Assembly: GCA_036149055.1 (NCBI GenBank)
Contig: JAYZQJ010000045.1
Coordinates: forward strand, 1-27,906
Reading direction: 5' to 3'
Length of the DNA: 27,906 nt
Source of the DNA: Myxococcota bacterium
GTDB taxonomy: Bacteria; Myxococcota_A; Polyangia; Polyangiales; Sandaracinaceae
A program made the position numbers and the translations under genes. Below the pieces are notes generated by a model that searched no databases, was not told the DNA's origin, and was given only the letters and a program-made list of their open reading frames with translations. Shown piece by piece: positions 1 through 10,076 of this stretch (positions are counted from its first letter, which is position 1; each line of letters begins with the position of its first letter).

Positions 1-64
1 CGCGCAACACGTCCTCCACCACCCTCGCGAGTTTCTGCTCCAGGGAGTCTGTCGTCGTCGCCAT
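1..64 (-). CDS. Possible 5' end of a gene running off the window (MATTTDSLEQKLARVVEDVLR...), product unknown
   Basis: ATG at 64-62 with an open frame to the window edge and a helix-like sequence. Same strand as the neighbouring gene. Only 21 codons are visible. Confidence 0.35.
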   Translation of the reverse strand, partial: MATTTDSLEQKLARVVEDVLR

Positions 65-139
65 GGACGCCGAATCTCACGACCAGACCACCTCTCAAAG
101 TACCGGCCTGAACGGTTACCATCCCGCCGCCACCCAGCC

Positions 140-171
140 CCTTTGCGCCTTTGCGCCTTTGCGCCTTTGCG
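140..171. repeat. Tandem repeat (CCTTTGCG)x4
   Basis: Four exact 8-bp copies in an intergenic region. Confidence 0.9.
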
Positions 172-291
172 AGAGCCAATTTGCCCCCGCAGCATCCGCC
201 ACCAAACGCACGACCAGGTGGCCGGCGGCCAGCCTTCATCCCGAGGCCACCCCACTGGGTCTCTGCGAGAACCCAGCTGTCGCCGAACGAG

Positions 292-1410
292 CTAGCTCAG
301 GGCGGCGAGGACGCCGTCATGGAAGGCGGGGCGGAAGCCGGCGATCTTCTCGTTCGCGCGGCTGGGGCAGACGCGGTTGGTCAGGAGCACGACCACCACG
401 TCGAGCTCGGGGTCGCACCAGATCGACGTGCCGGTGAAGCCGAGCTGGCCGAAGCTCGCCACCGTCATGCGGCGGCCGCACGCGGGGCGGTCGCCCGCCT
501 TGACCTGCCAGCCGGCGCGGAGCGCGCCCGGGCCCTCGGCGAGCGCCTCGTCGAGCAGGGAGCGCGGGAGGAAGTCGCTGCGGCCGCGGAGGACGTCGAC
601 CACCGCGCGGCCGAAGAGCGCCACCGCGTGGGCGGTGCCGAACAGGCCCGCGTGGCCGCCGACCCCGCCGAGGGCGACCGCGTTCTCGTCGTGCACCTGG
701 CCGCGGACCAGGCGGCCCCGCCACTCGCAGCGCTCGGTCGGCGCCGACTCGCGGGCCTGGGCGGCGCGCTTCTCGGTCGGCAGCGCGCCGGGGAAGCCCA
801 GCTGCGCCGAGAGGCCGAGGGGCGAGAGCACCCACGCGTCGACCACCCGGTCGAGGGGCTGACCCACCGCCCGCGCGATCGCCTCGCCCGCGATCAGGTA
901 GCCGAGATCGCTCGGCGCCTCGGGCTCGCCCGGCTCGAGGGGGCGCCGCGCCGCCTCGCTCACCAGCCAGCGGCGCGCGGCCGCGCTGCCGATCTCGTGC
1001 GGCACGTCCAGGTAGAGGCCGCCCCAGCGGGCGAGGCCGCCGCGGTGCCCGAGCAGCTGCCGCAGGGTCACCCCGTCGAGCACCCCGCCGCGCACGTCGC
1101 CGACCAGCTGCTCCACCGGCGCGTCGAGCTCGAGCTCCCCGGCCGCCGCGAGCCGGAGCGCGGCCACCGCGACCACCGACTGGGTGAGCGCGCCGAGGTC
1201 GTAGCGGGTGGCCTCGCGGACCTTCTCCGGGCTGCGCTGGGGCATGGCCGGCTCCAGGGTCCCGGCGCAGGCCTCGACGAGCTCCTCGGCCCCTCCGCCG
1301 TCCCGCCAGGACACGCAGGCGACCCCGCCGGGGAAGACGCGGCCGCTGACCCCCGCCGCCAGAAGCCTGCGGGCCTCGGCCCGGACACGGTCTCGGGGCT
1401 CTCCACCCAC
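292..1410 (-). CDS. Beta-lactamase/serine hydrolase family protein with substituted catalytic motifs
   Basis: Family scaffold present: TLRQLLGHRGGL, SDLGY, GQVHDENA, GHAGLFGT, GFTGTSIWCDP, LLTNRV. The SxxK position reads DLGALTQ. GTG start preceded by AAGGA. Confidence 0.85.
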   Translation of the reverse strand: MGGEPRDRVRAEARRLLAAGVSGRVFPGGVACVSWRDGGGAEELVEACAGTLEPAMPQRSPEKVREATRYDLGALTQSVVAVAALRLAAAGELELDAPVEQLVGDVRGGVLDGVTLRQLLGHRGGLARWGGLYLDVPHEIGSAAARRWLVSEAARRPLEPGEPEAPSDLGYLIAGEAIARAVGQPLDRVVDAWVLSPLGLSAQLGFPGALPTEKRAAQARESAPTERCEWRGRLVRGQVHDENAVALGGVGGHAGLFGTAHAVALFGRAVVDVLRGRSDFLPRSLLDEALAEGPGALRAGWQVKAGDRPACGRRMTVASFGQLGFTGTSIWCDPELDVVVVLLTNRVCPSRANEKIAGFRPAFHDGVLAALS

Positions 1411-1507
1411 GATCCTTGTCTATCGAAAAAGGTACACGCAGGTCCACGAGAAACGGTCATGGCGGTTCGAACGGCGTCCGGCGCCGACGCTGCTATCACT
1501 CGCGGCC

Positions 1508-2554
1508 ATGGACCTCCAGGCCGCCGCCGACGTGACGCTCCTGCCCCGCCTGACCGAAGGAGGCCCGGCCTTCGAGGGGCGCATCCGCGAGCGCCCGGAG
1601 GACTTCCGGGTGGTCGAGGTGCCCGCCTACCTGCCGTCCGGAGAGGGAGATCACCTCTTCGTCCGCTTCGAGAAGTCCGGGCTCGACACCCCCGAGGCGG
1701 TGAAGCGGCTCGCGGCGGCGCTCGAGGTCGACCCGCGGCAGGCCGGCTGGGCGGGGCTGAAGGATCGCCACGCGATCACCGAGCAGTGGGCGAGCTTCCT
1801 CTTCGCCGACCCGGCCAAGCTCGAGGGCCTGGAGCTCGAGGGGATCCGCGTCCTCGAGGCGAAGCGGCACGGCAACAAGCTCCGCACCGGCCACCTCGCG
1901 GGGAACCGCTTCGCCCTCCGCGTCGCCGGGGTGGACCCCGAGGCGCTGCCCGTGGTCGAGGCCCGCATGGAGCGGCTCGCCCGCGAGGGGGTGCCCCACT
2001 ACTTCGGCGCCCAGCGCTTCGGGCGGGGCGGCCAGAACCTGACGCTGGCCGGGCGCTGGCTGCTCGAGGGCGGGCGGGCGCCGCGCAAGCCCTTCCACCG
2101 GAAGCTGCAGGTCTCGGCGCTCCAGTCGGCGATGTTCAACGCCCTCCTCGCCGCGCGCCTCCGGGACGGGCTCTTCGCGGCCGCGGTCGACGGCGACCTC
2201 ATGCAGAAGGAGGAGACCGGCGGCATGTTCGTGAGCCACGACGAGGCCGACGACGCGCGGGTGAAGGCCTTCGAGATCAGCCCCACCGGCCCGATGTTCG
2301 GCGCCAAGATGCGCTGGCCCGAGACCGACGCGCGCGCCCGCGAGGAGGCCACCCTCGCCGCCTTCGGCCTCGACCCCGAGGCGCTCGGCCGCTTCAAGAA
2401 GGTCGGCCCGGGCACCCGCCGCCCCTACCGCGTGCGCCCCACCGAGCCCGAGGTCCGGGCCGCCGACGACGGCCTGCACCTCGCGTTCGGCCTGCCGAGC
2501 GGCGCCTACGCGACGGTGGTGCTCCGGGAGCTGCTGCACAGCGACCCCACCTGA
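1508..2554 (+). CDS. truD: tRNA pseudouridine(13) synthase TruD
   Basis: EDFRVVE, GWAGLKDRHAITEQW (catalytic Asp), GHLAGNRF, PHYFGAQRFG and LPSGAYATVVLREL. Start trimmed to ATG 1508 because the longer ORF overlaps the divergent gene. Confidence 0.93.
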   Translation: MDLQAAADVTLLPRLTEGGPAFEGRIRERPEDFRVVEVPAYLPSGEGDHLFVRFEKSGLDTPEAVKRLAAALEVDPRQAGWAGLKDRHAITEQWASFLFADPAKLEGLELEGIRVLEAKRHGNKLRTGHLAGNRFALRVAGVDPEALPVVEARMERLAREGVPHYFGAQRFGRGGQNLTLAGRWLLEGGRAPRKPFHRKLQVSALQSAMFNALLAARLRDGLFAAAVDGDLMQKEETGGMFVSHDEADDARVKAFEISPTGPMFGAKMRWPETDARAREEATLAAFGLDPEALGRFKKVGPGTRRPYRVRPTEPEVRAADDGLHLAFGLPSGAYATVVLRELLHSDPT

Positions 2555-2747
2555 TCCGGATACCGATTCGCTTGCATCTGCAACGAAACTGCGCCAAGTC
2601 GACGGTCGCGTTGCCCCGTCTTCGCCCCACCCCTAGCTTGGCGCGCGCGCGGTCGGAATCGATCGGGCGCGGCGGCAGTTGAGCCGCGCTCCGGGGGGCA
2701 CGCATCTGTAACGAACGGCGCTCGGCGCCGTCAGAGTCGGAGAGACC

Positions 2748-3455
2748 GTGGACATTCAGGAACGGCTGACAGCGTTTGCGATGCTCGGCGCCGAGTGGGT
2801 CATGTGGCTGCTCGTCGTGCTGTCGGTGGTCGTGCTCGCCATCGTGCTCGAGCGCGCGTACTACCTCATCGCGACCCGCGACGACATCGACGCCCTCAAG
2901 AAGTCGCTGCTCGATCGGCTGCGCGGCGGCGACGTCGACGGGGCGATGAAGCGCCTGAAGGCGAGCAAGGCGTTCGAGGCGCGCATCGCGCTCTCGGGGC
3001 TCGAGGGCGCCGAGGACGGCGCGGCGAGCGCCGAGGAGAAGATGGCCGGCGAGGCGCGCCTCGCGAAGCTCGCGATGGAGCGGAACCTCGCCTTCGTCGG
3101 CACGGTCGGCAACAACGCCCCCTTCGTCGGGCTGCTCGGCACCGTCATCGGCATCATCCGGGCCTTCCACGAGCTCGAGTCGAGCGGCGGACAGGTCTCG
3201 AGCGGCCTGATGTCGGAGATCGGCGAGGCGCTCGTCGCCACCGCCATCGGCCTCCTCGTCGCGCTCCCCGCGGTCGCCTTCTTCAACCTCTTCCAGCGCT
3301 CCATCCGCGCCCGGCTCGCCCGGGGCGACGCGCTCGGTCACGAGGTGCTGGCGTTCCTCAAGAGCACGGCCATCCCGGCCGGCGGGCCCTTCCGCAGCAA
3401 GGCGAAGAAGGGCGAGAAGTCCAAGGCGTCCGACGACGACGCGGACGAGGAGTGA
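2748..3455 (+). CDS. exbB: MotA/TolQ/ExbB proton-channel family protein
   Basis: Three TM segments, with GTVGNNAPFVGLLGTVIGIIRAF and EALVATAIGLLVALPAV. GTG start with a GGAGAG SD-like sequence. Confidence 0.9.
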   Translation: MDIQERLTAFAMLGAEWVMWLLVVLSVVVLAIVLERAYYLIATRDDIDALKKSLLDRLRGGDVDGAMKRLKASKAFEARIALSGLEGAEDGAASAEEKMAGEARLAKLAMERNLAFVGTVGNNAPFVGLLGTVIGIIRAFHELESSGGQVSSGLMSEIGEALVATAIGLLVALPAVAFFNLFQRSIRARLARGDALGHEVLAFLKSTAIPAGGPFRSKAKKGEKSKASDDDADEE

Positions 3456-3458
3456 GTC

Positions 3459-3887
3459 ATGGCTGGCGGCGCCAACTTCGACGGTGACGACGACATCATC
3501 ACCGACATCAACGTCACCCCGTTGGTGGACATCGTCCTGGTGCTGCTGATCATCCTGATGGTCACCGCCAGCTACATCGTCTCCAAGTCGATCCCGATGG
3601 ATCTGCCCAACGCGGACACCGGCGACGAGAGCCCGCCCCGCACCCTGACCGTCTCGGTCGACGAGGCGGGGCAGCTCTACATCGACGCCGAGGAGATCGA
3701 GTGGGCCGACCTCCGCAGCCGGGCCCGCGCCTTCGCCGACAGCGAGAGCGAGCCCCGCGCGGTGATCGCGGCCGACCGCCGGGTCAGCCACGGCGAGTTC
3801 ATCCGCATCGTGGACACGCTGCGCGGGGCCGGCATCACCCGGTACGCGATCAACGTGAACCCGCAGGACGTCGAGGCGGAGGAGTGA
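3459..3887 (+). CDS. exbD: ExbD/TolR biopolymer transport protein
   Basis: DINVTPLVDIVLVLLIILMV carrying the essential TM Asp, plus C-terminal IAADRRVSHG. Lies 3 bp after exbB. Confidence 0.9.
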   Translation: MAGGANFDGDDDIITDINVTPLVDIVLVLLIILMVTASYIVSKSIPMDLPNADTGDESPPRTLTVSVDEAGQLYIDAEEIEWADLRSRARAFADSESEPRAVIAADRRVSHGEFIRIVDTLRGAGITRYAINVNPQDVEAEE

Positions 3888-3993
3888 AGGCTCGCCTGGC
3901 GGGCCTATCCTGAGAGCCATGCGTACGAGCGCGACGCGACGTCTCCGCGGCGAGCCCTCGACCGCCGCGCCCACCGGGCCCAAGGTGTGAGCG

Positions 3994-4821
3994 GTGCGGC
4001 TCGTCTTCACGCTCGCGATCAGCCTCGTGCTCCACGCCGCGATGGCGTTCGGCATGGTCGTGGTGCTCCCGCTGCTCGACAGCTTCTCGCCGCCCCCTCC
4101 CCTGATGGTGGAGATGGTGGTGGACGAGCCGGAGCCGCCGCCCGAGGTCGCGGAGCCCGAGCCGGAGCCCGAGGTCACCGAGCCGGAGCCCGAGCCCGAG
4201 ATCACCGAGCCGGAGCCGCCGCCCGAGCCCGAGCGGGTCGTGGAGCGCCGCCCGGAGCCGGTGCCCGAGCCCACCCAGGAGCCGCCCCCGCCGAGTGACG
4301 AGCCGCCGCCCCCCGCGGAGGAGGCCATCGCCGACTTCACGGGTGAGACCTTGACCAACGATCAGGGCGCCGCCTGGAACAGCGCGGTCGGCAACGGCCA
4401 GGTGATGGAGGGGCCCGTCGGGCAGCCCAACGCCGCGGTCACCGGCCGGCGCCGCGAGGGCGCGCGCGGCGGGGCGATCGGCGGCACCGGGGACGGAGAG
4501 CCCGGCCCCCGCACCGTCGCGGTGGGGAACCTGAGCCGACCGCCGGGCTCCCCGAGCGATCTGGTCAGCATTCTCCGGCGAAACTACCCGACTCGAGCGC
4601 GCGATCTCGGGCTCGAGGGCCGCGCGTACGTGCGGCTCCGGGTCAGGTCGGACGGCCGGGTCCAGGTGCTCTCCGTGCTCAGCGAAGCGCACGACGGGAT
4701 GGGCGAAGCTTGCCGCCGGTCCATCCGCGCGGCCGGTCGGTGGGATCCCCCTCTCGATCGCAACGGCGAGCCGGTCGACACGATCGTCCGCTTCTTCTGC
4801 AACTTCACCATCGACTTCTGA
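3994..4821 (+). CDS. tonB: TonB-family energy transducer
   Basis: N-terminal TM with SLVLH (S-x3-H), an EP-rich spacer, and a C-terminal domain with YPTRARDLGLEGRAYVRLRVRSDGRV. SD AAGGTG before the GTG. Confidence 0.85.
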   Translation: MRLVFTLAISLVLHAAMAFGMVVVLPLLDSFSPPPPLMVEMVVDEPEPPPEVAEPEPEPEVTEPEPEPEITEPEPPPEPERVVERRPEPVPEPTQEPPPPSDEPPPPAEEAIADFTGETLTNDQGAAWNSAVGNGQVMEGPVGQPNAAVTGRRREGARGGAIGGTGDGEPGPRTVAVGNLSRPPGSPSDLVSILRRNYPTRARDLGLEGRAYVRLRVRSDGRVQVLSVLSEAHDGMGEACRRSIRAAGRWDPPLDRNGEPVDTIVRFFCNFTIDF

Positions 4822-4898
4822 GCTGACCCCCGCCCGTGGGCAGAACCCCGACGTAACAATCCGTTGCCACGGAACGGTCGATCGACGATGATGGTCGC

Positions 4899-6419
<1,521 letters not shown>

Positions 6420-6461
6420 CGCTTTCTTGACCGGCCGCCTGGGTCCACCGCAGATGGGCCC

Positions 6462-7034
6462 ATGCGCCGCCTCCTCCCCCTCGCGCTCGCGTTGATCGTC
6501 CTCCCGGCCTGTCGGCCCGAGAAGCTCGCCGGTGAGTCGGTGGGGCAGTTCCGGGTGGAGGGCGAGCTGATCGAGAGCACCTGCGGCGCCGGCCACGCGG
6601 TCCCGCAGACGCTGCTCTTCCACGTGGAGCTGCGCGACGAGCCGGGGCCGGTCGGCTACTGGAAGCTCGCCGACGGGCCGATCGCCAACGGGACGGTCGA
6701 AGCGGGCGCGTTCCGCTTCGAGGGCTCGACCGAGCACGTCGGCCTGGAGCGGACGGACGCGCACCCCGGCTGCACCCTGATCCGCCGCGAGGTGATCGCG
6801 GGCGAGCTCGTCCAGCCGTCGGCCAGCGGCGACGCCGGCGACGCGCCCGACGGAGGGACCTCCGAGGACGACGCCCGCGACGGCTTCGACGGCACCACGA
6901 CCGTCACCATCTCCCCGGCGACGGGCAGCGAGTGCTCGGCGCTGCTGTTGCCCCAGGGCGGCGCGTTCCCGGCCCTCCCCTGCGAGCTCTCGTTCGACCT
7001 GCGCGGCACCCGGCTCGAAGAGCCGCTCTGGTGA
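6462..7034 (+). CDS. Hypothetical lipoprotein
   Basis: MRRLLPLALALIVLPAC lipobox-like signal, four further Cys and GC3-biased codons. Confidence 0.7.
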   Translation: MRRLLPLALALIVLPACRPEKLAGESVGQFRVEGELIESTCGAGHAVPQTLLFHVELRDEPGPVGYWKLADGPIANGTVEAGAFRFEGSTEHVGLERTDAHPGCTLIRREVIAGELVQPSASGDAGDAPDGGTSEDDARDGFDGTTTVTISPATGSECSALLLPQGGAFPALPCELSFDLRGTRLEEPLW

Positions 7035-8975
7035 TCAGTCGTCGGCCTCTTCGAGGTCGTCGAGATCGTCGAGGTCCTCCGGCTCGAGGATGCGCTCCTC
7101 GCTGGCCGCCTCTTCGGAGTGCTGCAGCGTCTCGGCGAGCGCCGCGTTGACGTCGTCGGAGGGATCCTCGGCGGGCGCGGCCCGCGGCGGCTCGTCCTCG
7201 GCCTCGGCGGGCGGCTCGCTCGGCGGCGGCGGCGCGTCGCTGGTCACCGTCTTCATGCCCATCGAGGAGCTGCGCCCCGGCGGGGTCGGCGGCCCCTGGT
7301 TGGGGCGGCGCTCGGCCAGGATGATCAGCTGCGGCGAGTCGGCGCCGAAGAACACGCCCGGGTGCGCCTCGCGCCCGGTGACCTCGACCACCCGGAAGCC
7401 CTGGTGGTGCAGCACCTGCCCGAGCTCGTGCAGCGAGAACAGGCGGATGGAGTAGAGGTTGTCGCGCTGACGCCCGTCGTCGAGGATCACGGTGCGCTTC
7501 GTCTCGAGGCGCGACGTGATGTAGTTCATCTGCGTCTCTTCCATCACGACGCAGCCGTCGCCCTCGAACCAGACCAGGTTGGGCTGGGTGCGGATGACGT
7601 AGTCGCGGTTGACCACGTCGAGCAGCAGCAGCCCGCGCGGCTTCAGGGCGCGGTAGAGGCGCTCGATGACCTGCTTGTTGGTCTCGTCGTCGAAGTAGCC
7701 GAGGGTCGTGCCCCAGCAGAGGACGGCGTCGAAGGCGCCGTCGAAGTTCATCTCCCGCATGTCCGCGTGGAGGAAGTTGATCTTGAAGCCGTGCTCCTGC
7801 GCCTCGTCGGCCGCGCGAGAGAGCATCGGCAGCGAGAGATCGAGCCCGACGACGAGGTAGCCGCGCCGGGTCAGCTCCACCGCGTGCAACCCGAGGCCGC
7901 AGCCGACGTCGAGGATCGTCGCGCCCTTGGCGAGGCCGAAGCGCTGCTCGATGAAGTCGCACTGACGCTCGATCGTCTTCGGGTGCGGGATCGGGACGGT
8001 GCGCAGGTAGTCGTCGTTGAAGAGGGTCTCGTACCACTTGCGCCGCGGCTTGCGGGCCCGCGCCTTCGCGGCCGCCGCGCCCTTGGGAGGAGCGGCCTCG
8101 GGCTTCGCCTCGGCCTTCTCGACCTTCTCCGGCGGCGGCGGAGGCGCCTTCTCGCCCCGCGGCGGAGGCGGCGGCTTCGAGTGGCGCGGCGCGCCTCCCG
8201 CGTCCTCTTCGTCCTCGAGCAGCTCGTCGGCGGCCAGCTCCGCCGCCGGCTCCGGGTCGTCGGCGCCTCCGTCGAGGTCGACGTCCAGCTCCTCGACCTC
8301 GTCCTCGGGCTCCCCGGGTTCGGAGTCGTCCGGCTCGTCGACGGTGATCTCCGGCTCGTCGACGTCCACCGCCAGCTCGGCCCCCGGCTCGGTCGGCGCC
8401 CACGAGGTCACGATCGCCTCGTCGTCCTCCTCCGGCGGCGGCGCCTGGGCGCCGGGCGCGCTCACCACGGCGACCACCCGCTGCACCACCACGCCGACCG
8501 ACGGCGCCGGCGCCTTCGCGGGCGGCTCCTCCGGGGCGGGGTCCTCCTTCGTCTCCGCGGCGCTCGCCTCGGTGACGGGCTCCTCCACGCGGGTGGGTCC
8601 GGCCTCGAACTCGTTCTCCTCGGCCTCGTCCGGCGCCTCGTCCGGAACGGGGTCGAGCTCGACCTCGAGCGAGGGCGCGTCCGAGGCGCTCTCCAGCTCG
8701 ACCACCGTGCGCGGCTCGTCGAACTCGTCCGGGGCGTCGCCTTCGACCGTCGGAGGCCCCTCCAGCCCGCTGTCGAGCGTGGTCGCCGCGCGCATCGCGG
8801 CCTCGTCGTCGTAGACCGGCATCTCGACGGTCATGCCGCCCTCGGGCTCGAGGGCGACCTCCACCGACTCCGCCACCGCCTGCGTCGGGCGCGGCACCTC
8901 GTCCACCGGCACCCGCAGCGAGCGACGCCTCCGCCGGCGCTTCGGCTTCTCGGCCTCGTCCGGCTCGCCGCTCAT
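7035..8975 (-). CDS. Class I SAM-dependent methyltransferase with long acidic/Pro-rich N- and C-terminal extensions
   Basis: ILDVGCGLGLHA, GLDLS, ADMRE, FDAVLCW and LKPRGLLLLD. The start ATG at 8975 overlaps the psd stop (ATGA); the upstream part of the 955-aa ORF is a shadow of psd. Confidence 0.85.
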   Translation of the reverse strand: MSGEPDEAEKPKRRRRRRSLRVPVDEVPRPTQAVAESVEVALEPEGGMTVEMPVYDDEAAMRAATTLDSGLEGPPTVEGDAPDEFDEPRTVVELESASDAPSLEVELDPVPDEAPDEAEENEFEAGPTRVEEPVTEASAAETKEDPAPEEPPAKAPAPSVGVVVQRVVAVVSAPGAQAPPPEEDDEAIVTSWAPTEPGAELAVDVDEPEITVDEPDDSEPGEPEDEVEELDVDLDGGADDPEPAAELAADELLEDEEDAGGAPRHSKPPPPPRGEKAPPPPPEKVEKAEAKPEAAPPKGAAAAKARARKPRRKWYETLFNDDYLRTVPIPHPKTIERQCDFIEQRFGLAKGATILDVGCGLGLHAVELTRRGYLVVGLDLSLPMLSRAADEAQEHGFKINFLHADMREMNFDGAFDAVLCWGTTLGYFDDETNKQVIERLYRALKPRGLLLLDVVNRDYVIRTQPNLVWFEGDGCVVMEETQMNYITSRLETKRTVILDDGRQRDNLYSIRLFSLHELGQVLHHQGFRVVEVTGREAHPGVFFGADSPQLIILAERRPNQGPPTPPGRSSSMGMKTVTSDAPPPPSEPPAEAEDEPPRAAPAEDPSDDVNAALAETLQHSEEAASEERILEPEDLDDLDDLEEADD

Positions 8976-9856
8976 CGGTCGACCTCGAGGTCTCCGAGCC
9001 GGCGCCCCATGCGCACGGTCTCGCCCGCCTGCACCGCGAGCGACACCGGGTGGTCCGGGTTGGTGATCACGATCGCGGTGGAGCCGAGGTGGAACATGCC
9101 GAGCTCGCCCCCGCGCTCGATCTGGGGCGCGCGCTCCGGGGCGTAGCGCTTGGTGGTCGGGCCGCGACCGACGTTGGTCATCACCGAGTCGTCGAAGCTG
9201 AGGCTGATGCGCCCCACCCCGATCGCGCCCACGAGGATGGTGACCACCTCGCCGAGCGTCTCGCTGCGCTGGAACACCGCCACGCGCTCGTTCCGCGCGA
9301 AGAGGTTCGGGTAGTTGGAGACGCCGAAGGGGTTCACCGGCAGCAGCGTGCCGCCCACGTGACGGATCGTGTGGACCGGGCCGGCGACCGGCGCGTGGAC
9401 CCGGTGGTAGTCGCGCGGCGACAGGTACACGACGGCGAAGGCCCCGCCCTCGAAGCGGTCCCCGTCGCGCGGATCCCCGAGCAGCTCGCCGAGCGCGTAG
9501 TCGTGCCCCTTCACGTGCACGCGGGCGCCCGGCTCGATCGGCCCGCAGTCCTCGACCCGACCGTCGGCCGGGCTGACCAGGACCTCGTCGCCCCCCTCGA
9601 TGGGGCGCGACCCGGGGCGCAGCGGCCGGGTGAAGAAGGCGTCGAACGAGTCCCAGCCCTCGGGTGGGATCACGGCCTCGCTCAGGTCGACGTCGTACGC
9701 CTTCACGTACACGTCGATCGCCTGACGCAGGAGCGCGCCTCCGGCGTGGGAGGCTGCGGCCGGGAAGGACGCAAGGGAGCCGAGCCCCCGGCTGATGCGC
9801 TTTCGGGGCAGCAGGCGGAGCGTTTCGGCGGCGACGCGGGTTGCGAGAGACGGCAT
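8972..9856 (-). CDS. psd: Phosphatidylserine decarboxylase proenzyme
   Basis: FFTRPL, VSPADG, YLSPRDYHRVHAP, RNERV and the FHLGST self-cleavage motif. Start placed at MPSLATR. Confidence 0.92.
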   Translation of the reverse strand: MPSLATRVAAETLRLLPRKRISRGLGSLASFPAAASHAGGALLRQAIDVYVKAYDVDLSEAVIPPEGWDSFDAFFTRPLRPGSRPIEGGDEVLVSPADGRVEDCGPIEPGARVHVKGHDYALGELLGDPRDGDRFEGGAFAVVYLSPRDYHRVHAPVAGPVHTIRHVGGTLLPVNPFGVSNYPNLFARNERVAVFQRSETLGEVVTILVGAIGVGRISLSFDDSVMTNVGRGPTTKRYAPERAPQIERGGELGMFHLGSTAIVITNPDHPVSLAVQAGETVRMGRRLGDLEVDR

Positions 9857-9954
9857 GTGCAAGAAGGCACGTTCGGTGCCGCGTCCCACCCGCCTCCGCC
9901 ACACGGAGTTCGTCCGCGCCGCGAGCGTCGCGGGGGGCGGAGCGGCGTGACCGG

Positions 9955-9984
9955 ATGCTATCCGAGCGCGCTCCGACTCGTCAA
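9955..9984 (-). promoter_or_regulatory. Putative sigma70-type promoter for psd
   Basis: Minus strand TTGACG-N18-TAGCAT, about 100 bp upstream of the psd start. Confidence 0.5.
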
Positions 9985-10028
9985 TGCAATCGGTCGGTTA
10001 CGCGACTTCCAACCGGGACGGAACGCGA

Positions 10029-10056
10029 GAGGCCGGCGGGTCTCCCCACCGGCCTC
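10029..10056 (-). terminator. Stem-loop after glnA
   Basis: GAGGCCGGUGGG-GAGA-CCCGCCGGCCUC: a 12-bp stem with one U-G pair and a GNRA loop, 20 nt after the stop. No strong U tract. Confidence 0.6.
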
Positions 10057-10076
10057 CTGCGTGCCTGGACGGACGA

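Noticed and set aside
151..2682. 843-aa plus-strand ORF
   Set aside because: Antisense to the hydrolase and out of frame with truD; Arg/Pro/Gly-rich composition typical of a shadow frame.
3988..3990. Selenocysteine TGA in tonB
   Set aside because: No recognisable SECIS-like hairpin or redox motif, and a good SD precedes GTG 3994.
2748..4821. Assignment as AglRQS gliding motor or Tol-Pal
   Set aside because: Only one ExbD/TolR gene and no tolB, pal or glt genes; this cannot be assigned without a phylogeny.
7032..7037. Abutting convergent stop codons (TGATCA)
   Set aside because: Common in compact GC-rich genomes; no further signal.
8976..9902. N-terminal extension of the 955-aa ORF, suggesting a psd-methyltransferase fusion or frameshift
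   Set aside because: Alternative frame over psd; the ATGA junction gives a clean separate start at 8975.
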